DNA of 35,576 nucleotides from an uncultured Gammaproteobacteria bacterium (GCA_964471375.1 CAYYFM010000046.1:1-35576), one strand, 5' to 3'. Numbered from the stretch's first letter, positions 8,477 through 16,139 are shown. Program-made: numbers and translations. The notes: generated by a model not told the origin, from the sequence alone.

Positions 8477-9190
8477 TTAGGACTTTCGTTCCTTCAGCTG
8501 AAGATAGGTCATCACTGAATACATCACAAGGAGAGGAATGACAAAGATCATTCCTACGGAGAAGATCATATCAATCCAGAGGGGAGGAGTTTCACTTACG
8601 ATCGTGTCGAATGGGATTTTTAATACCGTGGCAATGGTTCCAGTAAGTCCAGAGGCAACGATAAAGTATAAGCCCAAAATCAGCAAGGGGATGGAGATGG
8701 TATACCATAAAACCTTGAAAAATCGCCCACGCGATAGTTCACGACTTGCGGTCAGTGCTTCGATTCCACGTTTACCGTCAATAATGACCACTTCTTGGGC
8801 ATAGACAAACCAAACGGTGAAAACGATCCCAGGAATAATGACGAGTAAAAAACCTCCAAGCATAATGAGTCCTTGTATCAGGCTGACCCAAACGATCGGC
8901 ATGAGCAAATCCCAACCTCTTTTCGGTAAGGTAAGAAGGTCGAGAGGTTGATCATGTGTATGGTGGAGCGTGATGATCACGAGGACGTTCAGTATCCATA
9001 GGTAGAGAAGCGTATCGGCAATTTGGATGAAAAAAATTGTGGCGAATTGTACGGATTCATTTGCAATAAAACTCGACAAAATAAATGCGGCGTAGGTGAG
9101 GAGTAGCCAAGAAGCATATCCAACGATTAACGTTGATTGCTTGCGGTACAGCGCAATGGATGAATGTAAAATGTCGACAGGAGATAGCAT
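8477..9190 (-). CDS. Polytopic membrane protein (tandem paralog 2)
   Basis: It has 5-6 hydrophobic helices. The N- and C-terminal patterns resemble those of the upstream gene (LLV...Y..LK end). The start ATG lies 1 nt after the stop of the upstream gene (TGAtATG). Confidence 0.7.
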   Translation of the reverse strand: MLSPVDILHSSIALYRKQSTLIVGYASWLLLTYAAFILSSFIANESVQFATIFFIQIADTLLYLWILNVLVIITLHHTHDQPLDLLTLPKRGWDLLMPIVWVSLIQGLIMLGGFLLVIIPGIVFTVWFVYAQEVVIIDGKRGIEALTASRELSRGRFFKVLWYTISIPLLILGLYFIVASGLTGTIATVLKIPFDTIVSETPPLWIDMIFSVGMIFVIPLLVMYSVMTYLQLKERKS

Positions 9191-9191
9191 A

Positions 9192-10058
9192 TCAACGTTT
9201 TAGGGACTGATAGAGCAGAAGGTCAGCTGTGACGAGAAGTGGGTTTAAGAATACAGCAGCGACGGTGGAAAGAATTGTTGTGAAGATCGTGGAGAGACGT
9301 ACATGGAGATCGATGTTGAGTCCGGTAAAAATTGAGAGGAATGTTTCAAAAATAAATCCAATGATAACCATGGCCATGATTGCCATGAGAATAAAAACAA
9401 TTTTTGGAACAACAAGACGTAATAAAATACTCCAAAAGTGTCCTTTGGTGAGTGTGTTGCTTGCCAAAACAGCAGCTTTCCCTTCAACTCCATCTAATAA
9501 AAGCGCATACGGAGCAAAATAATAATGCACGGACCATCGGAATCCAAGAACGATGGAAATAACGAGCCCAACGACCAGGAGGATGCTTGAAACAATCCCG
9601 AGTGTAGGGATGTTGAATGTGAGATTTATGAGAGTAACGAGAATTCCTGGCCCAAGTCCGATTCCAAGTGCGGCGACAAGGATTCCAAAAATGAAAATCG
9701 TCACAAGAAGTGTTTTGAGGAAATAACGTTTTCCGTCGAGCATTGCTTCGCGTATATTTGAACGTTTATTGGAAAGTTGTGCACGAATAAGACGAGTCAG
9801 AGCAATGAACGTCCAGAGGCCTAAGATGGGTGTAACGACCCATGAGGAAAATGCGTACAAAATAACACCGACCGCTTCGGATGTAGTGAGTGCGGCTGTT
9901 GAGGCAAGTTTTGAGGCGTATGGGTAGAGAAAGAACGCGGTGATTTCAAAAATAGCGGTGATAAGCACCCAGCCGGATACGCTCAGAAGATCAACAAAGT
10001 CGCGTTTGTAATGATCCCAAGACCTGTCGATGAGTTCGCCGATAGAAATGATTGGCAT
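9192..10058 (-). CDS. Polytopic membrane protein (tandem paralog 1)
   Basis: A 288-aa ORF with 6-7 hydrophobic helices and no recognisable catalytic motif. It is tightly coupled to the downstream paralog. Confidence 0.7.
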   Translation of the reverse strand: MPIISIGELIDRSWDHYKRDFVDLLSVSGWVLITAIFEITAFFLYPYASKLASTAALTTSEAVGVILYAFSSWVVTPILGLWTFIALTRLIRAQLSNKRSNIREAMLDGKRYFLKTLLVTIFIFGILVAALGIGLGPGILVTLINLTFNIPTLGIVSSILLVVGLVISIVLGFRWSVHYYFAPYALLLDGVEGKAAVLASNTLTKGHFWSILLRLVVPKIVFILMAIMAMVIIGFIFETFLSIFTGLNIDLHVRLSTIFTTILSTVAAVFLNPLLVTADLLLYQSLKR

Positions 10059-10078
10059 AAATGAGAAAGAACCAAGAG

Positions 10079-10804
10079 TTAAGATTCAAGATTCAAGATT
10101 TTTGAAAGTAACTGTTTTGAGTGAGAAATGGATTCGTCGAGTGAACCAGCTGTGGAGAGAGAATGGATCGTTGTTCCTTTTGACGTGAACAGTTCTTTGA
10201 ACCAATCTGATCGGAAACGTTCGTCGACTTTTCTTAGGAAATCGAGATTTGCGAATACTCCTTTTGATTCTTCATCACGTTGCTTGAGACGTTCGACAGC
10301 GATTTCTGGACTGAGTTTGGTGAGGATGAGGTGATCAGGGGAGTATTGCATGGCAAGCGCATTGCCTGGCAGTTTCAGGAGATCTTCAAGTTGTATTCCT
10401 CCAGTCATGATCGGCTGGTAAACAATCGATGTGCACACCCCTCGGTCCTGGATGACTGTCATTCCGGCTCTTAGAGCCGGAATGATCAAACGGGTGTACA
10501 TGATTTCTCGATCGAGAGCGAAAGCATGGGCGAGAGACTCGCCACTGTACGGATGATCTGTCCGTGACAGTTCGAAGCGGATTGCGGCGCCGATCCATTG
10601 GCGAGTTGGCTCGTAGGTGAAGAAGACATTATGGTCAGATACATCGGTAAAGTTTGGAGGATCTGCGTGTGTTTTTGTCCATTCACGTAGGTCAAAGACT
10701 CGCCGTCCTTTTGCTCGTTCTTGTTCTTTTGCAACATGAAGCAAGGTGGATTTCCCACTGCCGGCGATCCCGTCGATCATGATAAACAGACCGTGTCGAG
10801 GCAT
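10079..10804 (-). CDS. tmk: Thymidylate (dTMP) kinase-family nucleotide kinase
   Basis: P-loop IDGIAGSGKSTLL. It also has a Tmk-like EPT...IR segment, a LID/DRY-like DRGVCTSIVYQ and PDHLILTKLSPEIAVERL. The start is set at ATG 10804 (MPRHGLFIMIDG), because the longer ORF overlaps dut. Confidence 0.8.
   Translation of the reverse strand: MPRHGLFIMIDGIAGSGKSTLLHVAKEQERAKGRRVFDLREWTKTHADPPNFTDVSDHNVFFTYEPTRQWIGAAIRFELSRTDHPYSGESLAHAFALDREIMYTRLIIPALRAGMTVIQDRGVCTSIVYQPIMTGGIQLEDLLKLPGNALAMQYSPDHLILTKLSPEIAVERLKQRDEESKGVFANLDFLRKVDERFRSDWFKELFTSKGTTIHSLSTAGSLDESISHSKQLLSKILNLES
10081..10101. repeat. Heptamer tandem repeat (AAGATTC)x3 at the 3' end of tmk
   Basis: Direct read: aagattc aagattc aagattt. 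It encodes the last codons (KILNLES*) on the minus strand. Confidence 0.8.
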
Positions 10805-10823
10805 AGGCAAAGTATAGCACAAA

Positions 10824-11255
10824 TTAGCCAGTTGTTCCGTATCCACCGCGTGTTGGGGAGGAAAGGGATTCGACTTCGTTGAAATCTCCTCGGACAATCG
10901 GCACAAACAGTCCTTGGGCAATCCGCTCGCCTTTTTCAACGATATACGGAGCAGAACCTTCGTTTCGGACGGATAATTTTAGCTCATCCTCTGGACCGCA
11001 ATAGTCTTGATCTATGATTCCAATCCCGTTTGCAAGTGTGATCTGTTTTTTTGCGTTAGAAGAGCGTCCGGCAATGATCAGTCCATACCCAGGTGGAGTG
11101 CAAATCACCAGCCCGGTTGAAAAAAACACGGTTTCACCAGGTTGCATGGTTTTCCCTTCGCAAACCGCGATATCAAACGCAATAGCTCCAGCCGTTTTGT
11201 ACTCCGGAAACGCAACGTCCGGACGAATTCGTTTGATATCCACAGGGATGTTCAT
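10824..11255 (-). CDS. dut: dUTP diphosphatase (trimeric dUTPase)
   Basis: dUTPase motifs AGRSSNAKK, GIIDQDYCGPEDE and a C-terminal RGGYGTTG. Confidence 0.92.
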   Translation of the reverse strand: MNIPVDIKRIRPDVAFPEYKTAGAIAFDIAVCEGKTMQPGETVFFSTGLVICTPPGYGLIIAGRSSNAKKQITLANGIGIIDQDYCGPEDELKLSVRNEGSAPYIVEKGERIAQGLFVPIVRGDFNEVESLSSPTRGGYGTTG

Positions 11256-11324
11256 ATTGACCGTATATTAGCGGAAATAGACTGGTTTGGATAGTTGAGT
11301 TCACTCTGATAGGATGAGTGGGTT

Positions 11325-12158
11325 ATGACGACATTTGATCGAGTCTATCTCGACACTCTTGGACGTATTTATCGGGAAGGGGAGACTGTTCAAAGCGAAC
11401 GGACAGGTTTTTCGACGCGTGCGATCCCGGGAGTGACGTATGAGCTTCAGCCTGCGGGCGGTTTTCCGCTTTTGACGGTGCGGAAAATGTTTCCGAAGTT
11501 TTTTTGTGCAGAAACGGTTTGGTTTATTGCAGGGCACAAGCATGCAGGATTTTTGCAACAATTCACAAAAGGTTGGGACAGTTTTTTGGAAGAAGATGGG
11601 ACGGTCGAGACCGCCTACGGATACCGTTGGCGTCATCATTTCGGTCGCGATCAGTTAATCGATCTCGTCGAGCATCTACGCGAGGAGCCGTCGAGTCGGC
11701 AAGGGGTCGTGATGATGTGGGATGCTGCTTCGGACGGACTACGAGCTCCAAAAAAGAAAAATGTCCCATGTCCTTACACGTGGACCGTGAACATTATCGG
11801 AGGAAAGCTTAACTTACATATGATCATGCGCTCGAACGACATGGTGCTCGGAAACCCAAACGACACTGCTGACTTCGCTCTCTTGCAAGCCATGCTTGCG
11901 CAAGAGCTCGAAGTCGCGGTCGGAAAACTTACGATTTCAATTTCCCACGCTCATATTTATGAAAATCAGTTCGAGGCGGTCGAGGACATATTGTCACGAG
12001 AAGTGATTCCTCATGTGGAAATAAAATGTCGATTACCCGACCATGCTTTTCGTCGTGCACTTTCTGCTGATGCAACGCTTGTCGAAGACTTGATCCAAAT
12101 GTTTTCGTCTCAATATCAACCAGGACTACCGATGAAAAAAGTACAAATTGCCGTATGA
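11325..12158 (+). CDS. thyA: Thymidylate synthase (ThyA) family enzyme with Asp at the pyrimidine-specificity position
   Basis: It aligns without gaps to E. coli ThyA through the core: ERTG, FPLLTVRK, AETVWF, YGYRWR, DQL, PSSRQ, VPCP (catalytic Cys149), RSND, SHAHIY and the C-terminal KKVQIAV. The residue matching Asn177 is Asp180 (GNPNDTADFALL, codon 11862-11864). Confidence 0.85.
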   Translation: MTTFDRVYLDTLGRIYREGETVQSERTGFSTRAIPGVTYELQPAGGFPLLTVRKMFPKFFCAETVWFIAGHKHAGFLQQFTKGWDSFLEEDGTVETAYGYRWRHHFGRDQLIDLVEHLREEPSSRQGVVMMWDAASDGLRAPKKKNVPCPYTWTVNIIGGKLNLHMIMRSNDMVLGNPNDTADFALLQAMLAQELEVAVGKLTISISHAHIYENQFEAVEDILSREVIPHVEIKCRLPDHAFRRALSADATLVEDLIQMFSSQYQPGLPMKKVQIAV

Positions 12159-12664
12159 TCATTACCCTCATTGCCGCGATCAGTGCGGACGGTTTCATTG
12201 CACAAAGTGCGGATCAGCTGTCTTTTGACTGGACTTCAAAAGAGGACAAGCAGTTTTTTGTTTCTAAAACCAAAGAGATTGGGATCGTGGTCATGGGACG
12301 GAAGACATTCGAGACGTTTGGCAAGCCGCTTAAGGATCGACGTTTGATTGTTTTGACCAGTCAAATATTCCCTGAGCAAGCGCAGCGCGTCGAAGGGCTG
12401 GAGTTTACATCTGAATCCCCACTGGATCTCGTCACTCGCCTCGAAGCAGAAGGCATCACACAACTCGCGGTCTGTGGCGGAGCTACGATCTACTCACAGT
12501 TTCTGAGAGCAGGCCTTGTGAACGAACTGTATCTTACCGTTGAACCAGTCCTCTTCGGACAAGGAATTCTTCTCGCCCCAGATGGTGGTGCGATCCAAAT
12601 GAAATTACTCGATTCAAAGCAACTCGGCGAAAAATCCGTACTTCTTCATTTTTCCATTTTATAG
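12155..12664 (+). CDS. Dihydrofolate reductase-like protein (RibD C-terminal domain family)
   Basis: MIITLIAAISADGFIA...VVMGRKTFETFGKPLKDRRLIVLT...CGGATIYSQFLRAGLVNELYLTVEPVLFGQG. Its ATG overlaps the thyA TGA (ATGA at 12155-12158). Confidence 0.8.
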   Translation: MIITLIAAISADGFIAQSADQLSFDWTSKEDKQFFVSKTKEIGIVVMGRKTFETFGKPLKDRRLIVLTSQIFPEQAQRVEGLEFTSESPLDLVTRLEAEGITQLAVCGGATIYSQFLRAGLVNELYLTVEPVLFGQGILLAPDGGAIQMKLLDSKQLGEKSVLLHFSIL

Positions 12665-12670
12665 ACATGT

Positions 12671-13579
12671 ATGCCCGATTATCCTTACATGCCAACAGAC
12701 AGATCTCTCAAATACGTCTCACATGATGATGTATTTATGCTTGCCGCAGCCAAAGCTCGCACGGAGCAGTCGGGAGATACACTTTATCCGGTCGGAATCG
12801 CCCTTGTACGAGATGGGGAAGTGCTTGTGACAGCAGGGAACGGATTTAGTCGTGGAGCAGGAACCGTCCACATCTGTCCACGAGTTGTTTTAGATTGTCC
12901 GTCTGGGACAGGTTATGACTTGTGCACCCTCCACGATGCTCCGGGACACGCAGAGCAGATGGCGGTCAAAACGGCTGTTGAGCAGGGAATAGACCTTAGA
13001 GGAGCTGACGCGTACCTGTTCGGCCACTGGTGGGCTTGTGAGCCGTGTTGGACGGCGCTCATTGACGCAGGAATCCGTGATTTGTATGTGACGGACGATG
13101 CGCACGATCGATTTAGTCGCGAAAAGGTGTATGCAGAGACTCTGAAACCATCTGTACAATCATCGTACATTTCTGGTCCGATGACGAATATGCCAGAAGA
13201 TCAGCACATCCCCATGCGACAGCTGTATGAGTCGCTCGCAGACGCCTGCTTAGAAATCGGAATCAAACCGTACGTTCCGCATATGCACTGCGATCCTCGG
13301 AGTAACGATTGTCGAACGTCAGAAGAAGTGTGGCGTATTGACGTCGAACAGGTCCGTGCCGCAGATGTGCTCGTTGCGGATGTGACACACACTTCGCTCG
13401 GCGTCGGTGGCGAACTCGCTTATGCGCACATGGCAAATAAACCGATCGTGCTACTCTCACAAAAAAACACCCCTGTCTCCCGCTTTGTCCGCGGAAATCC
13501 AGCCGTGGCGTATCATATTGAATACGACGATCACGCATCAGCCTGTCGAATGTTGAAAAACGTTTTAAAACAATTATAG
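12671..13579 (+). CDS. Fusion protein: dCMP/cytidylate deaminase domain plus DNPH1/Rcl-like 2'-deoxynucleoside 5'-phosphate N-hydrolase domain
   Basis: The N-terminal half carries the zinc motifs HAEQMAV and CEPCWTALIDAGIRDLYV, which are dCMP-deaminase type. The C-terminal half (from about 13160) reads SYISGP...RIDVEQVRAADVLVADVTHTSLGVGGELAYAHMANKPIVLL...SRFVRG. This closely parallels Rcl/DNPH1 (VYFCGS...ADVVVAEVTQPSLGVGYELGRA..GKPILCLF...SAMIRG). Confidence 0.8.
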   Translation: MPDYPYMPTDRSLKYVSHDDVFMLAAAKARTEQSGDTLYPVGIALVRDGEVLVTAGNGFSRGAGTVHICPRVVLDCPSGTGYDLCTLHDAPGHAEQMAVKTAVEQGIDLRGADAYLFGHWWACEPCWTALIDAGIRDLYVTDDAHDRFSREKVYAETLKPSVQSSYISGPMTNMPEDQHIPMRQLYESLADACLEIGIKPYVPHMHCDPRSNDCRTSEEVWRIDVEQVRAADVLVADVTHTSLGVGGELAYAHMANKPIVLLSQKNTPVSRFVRGNPAVAYHIEYDDHASACRMLKNVLKQL

Positions 13580-13590
13580 ACACATTTTCT

Positions 13591-14355
13591 ATGTCTGAGC
13601 ACGAATCTTCTTCTTGTGCGTCATGTGGATACCCGTCGCATGCGGGGCATCAGGCTTCTTGTTCTGGGTCGATAAAAAAATCAAAGGCAGTAGGAGTAAC
13701 AGGAAAGCTACGAGCTCTGATGTTGGGAGGTCTACTGGCGGTTGGCGCAATGGCAAAGAACGCGCCAGAACCGAACGCACCAGAACCGGGTGTGAATACC
13801 CCTGTACATCATCGGGATACGGGTCCAACTGTTTCTCAAAAACAGATTGTTTCTGACGAGATCATCTCGGGTATTCTCGCGCAATCTACAGATGGCGAGT
13901 TTGGAGATGAGTCGGCAGGGATTGAATATCCAGATTATTCATTAGATTTTCGGACGATTCCTATTGGAAAAATGGTTTTGCGAACATTTCCTGATGCAAC
14001 TCGCGTTGACCCAAATAATCCATTTGACATCAATGTAGACAAGTCTCTTCTTGAGACTTTAAAAAAAGATCCAGAGTTGATGAAGGATTTTATGGAAACA
14101 ACACAAGATATTGTCTTTGAAAAGGATGAAAACACGCTACGTGTTTACCTGCCTGATACAGAAGGTTTTGATCTCACCTTAACAATGGCAAATAACGATG
14201 GACGATTTAATATCTATACAGGGGAAGATCGACTTGGTGAGGAAGGGGTCATTGCTTCGACACAAAATCCAGATGGATTTGCTCGAGAGTCTACCCAAGC
14301 GATGTTACGACATTATATTCAGGAAAAATTATTGAGGTATTTGCAAGGAGAATAG
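13591..14355 (+). CDS. Hypothetical single-pass membrane/secreted protein with a Cys/His-rich N-terminus
   Basis: The N-terminus reads CASCGYPSHAGHQASC, followed by a TM helix (LRALMLGGLLAVGAMA), a NAPEPNAPEP linker and a roughly 170-aa acidic ectodomain. Its 3' end overlaps the convergent dcd-like gene by 27 nt. Confidence 0.55.
   Translation: MSEHESSSCASCGYPSHAGHQASCSGSIKKSKAVGVTGKLRALMLGGLLAVGAMAKNAPEPNAPEPGVNTPVHHRDTGPTVSQKQIVSDEIISGILAQSTDGEFGDESAGIEYPDYSLDFRTIPIGKMVLRTFPDATRVDPNNPFDINVDKSLLETLKKDPELMKDFMETTQDIVFEKDENTLRVYLPDTEGFDLTLTMANNDGRFNIYTGEDRLGEEGVIASTQNPDGFARESTQAMLRHYIQEKLLRYLQGE
13756..13794 (+). repeat. PEP-rich linker repeat (15-nt tandem, NAPEP x2), related to the EPEEPKD cassette
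   Basis: gcgccagaaccgaac followed by gcaccagaaccgggt. It lies directly after the TM anchor, the same position as the cassette in the DUF3048 protein. Confidence 0.6.
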
Positions 14356-14994
14356 TTTTTTTATCTCATCCAGTTTTCCTTCTACAAGAGCGCGGCGTTC
14401 TTCGTTTTTATCTAATTTGAACGTTTGTGCTGATGCATCGCTATACTTTGCCGCGTCAACTCCATGTAAATTCGCTTCTTCTGGTGTGAGTGGAGATTTG
14501 AGTTCTTCGAAGATAACTTGGCAAACGCGTTCTCCAGGATACACACGTATCACCTGGTCACCTGCTTCATTTTTCATCGGGAAGATTAAGTTGCCTTTAT
14601 AGCCGACGTCGATGATGCCAGAAAGCGACAGATCAATTCCACGGCGGTTGGTTGACGTTCGCGGGAACAGAATGGCCATGAGATTTGGAGCGTTCATTTC
14701 AATCCGTTCGAGCGATGTTCCGATCACGAATTCGTTTGGGAGCAGTTCAAAAAATTGTCCAGGTTGTAGAATAACTTCGTCAAACTGTTCTGGATGAGCA
14801 GTGACATTGTCGATAGATACTTTGATCGCGCGGCGCCCTTTTTCATCGATCGTCCAATTTCTTGGAATTAAAAACTTATATCCGAGACGCAAATCAATCG
14901 CGTGCGGTTGCATTTGAAACTGATCGAGCTCTGGAGTGAGTCGAATTCCTCCAGACTTGATCTGTGAGACGATGTCTTGGCGAGATAAAATCAT
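14329..14994 (-). CDS. dcd: dCTP deaminase / dUTPase-superfamily protein (Dcd-like)
   Basis: MILSRQDI...GGIRLTP...HAIDLRLG, PRTSTNRRGI and IIDVGYKGNLIFPMKN align to Dcd (GRSSLARLGL, IDPGWSGCIVLEFYN). There is a C-terminal extension. The catalytic Glu position appears to be Pro (see findings). Confidence 0.8.
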   Translation of the reverse strand: MILSRQDIVSQIKSGGIRLTPELDQFQMQPHAIDLRLGYKFLIPRNWTIDEKGRRAIKVSIDNVTAHPEQFDEVILQPGQFFELLPNEFVIGTSLERIEMNAPNLMAILFPRTSTNRRGIDLSLSGIIDVGYKGNLIFPMKNEAGDQVIRVYPGERVCQVIFEELKSPLTPEEANLHGVDAAKYSDASAQTFKLDKNEERRALVEGKLDEIKKLFSLQIPQ

Positions 14995-14996
14995 AA

Positions 14997-15049
14997 CACC
15001 CGTCAGCTTATCGCGGACGGGTGCTTTTTGTCTACCCCGTCTGACGGGG
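14997..15049. terminator. Two adjacent GC-rich hairpins between rplA (3' end) and the dcd-like gene (5' end)
   Basis: CACCCGTC-agcttatcgcg-GACGGGTG is followed by CTTTTTG. Then comes ACCCCG-tctga-CGGGGT. These probably terminate or insulate the rplKA transcript. The U-run is on the plus strand only. Confidence 0.45.
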
Positions 15050-15050
15050 T

Positions 15051-15731
15051 CTAGCTGTTGAGGTCGACCTTGATTCCTGGACCCATCGTTGTTGTGAGAA
15101 CCGCGTTTTTGAAATAGATCCCTTTTGATGACGCGGGTTTTATTTTTCGGATTTGGTCGATAAACGGGGTGAGGTTTTCTTTGAGCTGAAGTTCGCTCAT
15201 AGAGACACGACCGACGATTTGATGAATGTTTGCCGTCGTATCATTTTTGAACGACTGCTTACCAGCTTTTTGTTCGCCGATCATTTTTGCGACGTTCGGG
15301 CCAACCGTATCATTTTTTGGGTTTGGCATGAGCCCTTTTGGACCGAGAAGTTTCGCGAGTTTCGCGATCTTTGGCATCATCGCAGGTGTTGCGATGGCGA
15401 CATCGAAGTCGAGAACACCTTTGGAAGCGATCTCTGCAATGAGTTCTTCGCCACCAACGATGTCTGCCCCTGCCGCTTTTGCTTCGGCTTCCTTTGCGGC
15501 TTCGACGAAGGCAATCACGCGCTTTGATTTTCCAACACCATGCGGAAACGCAATCGTTCCACGCACTTGCTGATCACCCTTACTTGGATCGATTCCAAGA
15601 TTGACATGCAATTCAACAGCTTCATCGAAGCCAGCTTTTGGAAACGTTTTCAAAAGCGCGATCGCATCCGTGACCGAATAAACTTTCTTCACCTCAACAA
15701 GTTTCTTGGCTGCATCAAATCGTTTTCCCAT
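15051..15731 (-). CDS. rplA: 50S ribosomal protein L1
   Basis: MGKRFDAAKKLVE...AVELHVNLGIDPSKGDQQVRGTIAFPHGVGK is a full-length L1. Confidence 0.95.
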   Translation of the reverse strand: MGKRFDAAKKLVEVKKVYSVTDAIALLKTFPKAGFDEAVELHVNLGIDPSKGDQQVRGTIAFPHGVGKSKRVIAFVEAAKEAEAKAAGADIVGGEELIAEIASKGVLDFDVAIATPAMMPKIAKLAKLLGPKGLMPNPKNDTVGPNVAKMIGEQKAGKQSFKNDTTANIHQIVGRVSMSELQLKENLTPFIDQIRKIKPASSKGIYFKNAVLTTTMGPGIKVDLNS

Positions 15732-15788
15732 AGTATTTAGTGGTCATAACGGTCCGACGTATGTCTGACCTCCCACGTTGTTTACATG

Positions 15789-16139
15789 TTAACTTCCTTT
15801 TTCTTCTTTTTTACTATCCATCCAGTCCCGATACACCATTCGCCAGTGAAGCCAGAACAAAGGTGCAGCGACGAGCAGGAGAGAAATGTCTCGGACCGCT
15901 GATTGTTGTTTTTCAACAACCGCTTGATCAGAGCTTTGTACTTTTTGTTGATCGCACTGCTCTTGTGTCTGGTATTGCAGATCGCAATAGATCGGATAAC
16001 CCGTGTCGGCTTTCGTAAACACGAATGATTTGAGTGCAATGTTCACAAGGTCAGATACCGAGAACACGAGCATCATGAGTGTCACAAATGACACGAGAGT
16101 AAAATAGATTCTGAGAATGATTGAGCCTCCTTTTGTCAT
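15789..16139 (-). CDS. Small two-TM membrane protein inserted between rplK and rplA
   Basis: Its ATG overlaps the rplK TGA (ATGA at 16136-16139). It has two clear hydrophobic helices ([18 protein letters not shown] and [13 protein letters not shown]) around a Gln-rich loop. Confidence 0.55.
   Translation of the reverse strand: MTKGGSIILRIYFTLVSFVTLMMLVFSVSDLVNIALKSFVFTKADTGYPIYCDLQYQTQEQCDQQKVQSSDQAVVEKQQSAVRDISLLLVAAPLFWLHWRMVYRDWMDSKKEEKGS

Noticed and set aside
11301-11639. A minus-strand 112-aa ORF, and other shadow ORFs overlapping thyA, gyrB, rplA and other genes.
   Set aside because: They lie antisense or out of frame to strongly supported conserved genes, and their translations are low-complexity or basic.
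15740-15780. An L1-binding mRNA mimic (GGGAGGTCAGAC...GGACC on the minus strand) upstream of rplA.
   Set aside because: It resembles GGGAG-containing L1 sites only superficially. I cannot verify the required helix geometry by eye.
16136-16139. Possible UGA recoding (genetic code 25, as in some candidate phyla).
   Set aside because: TGA cleanly terminates well-conserved proteins at their expected lengths (rplK, miaB, thyA-like, prfA). None of the conserved genes needs an in-frame TGA.
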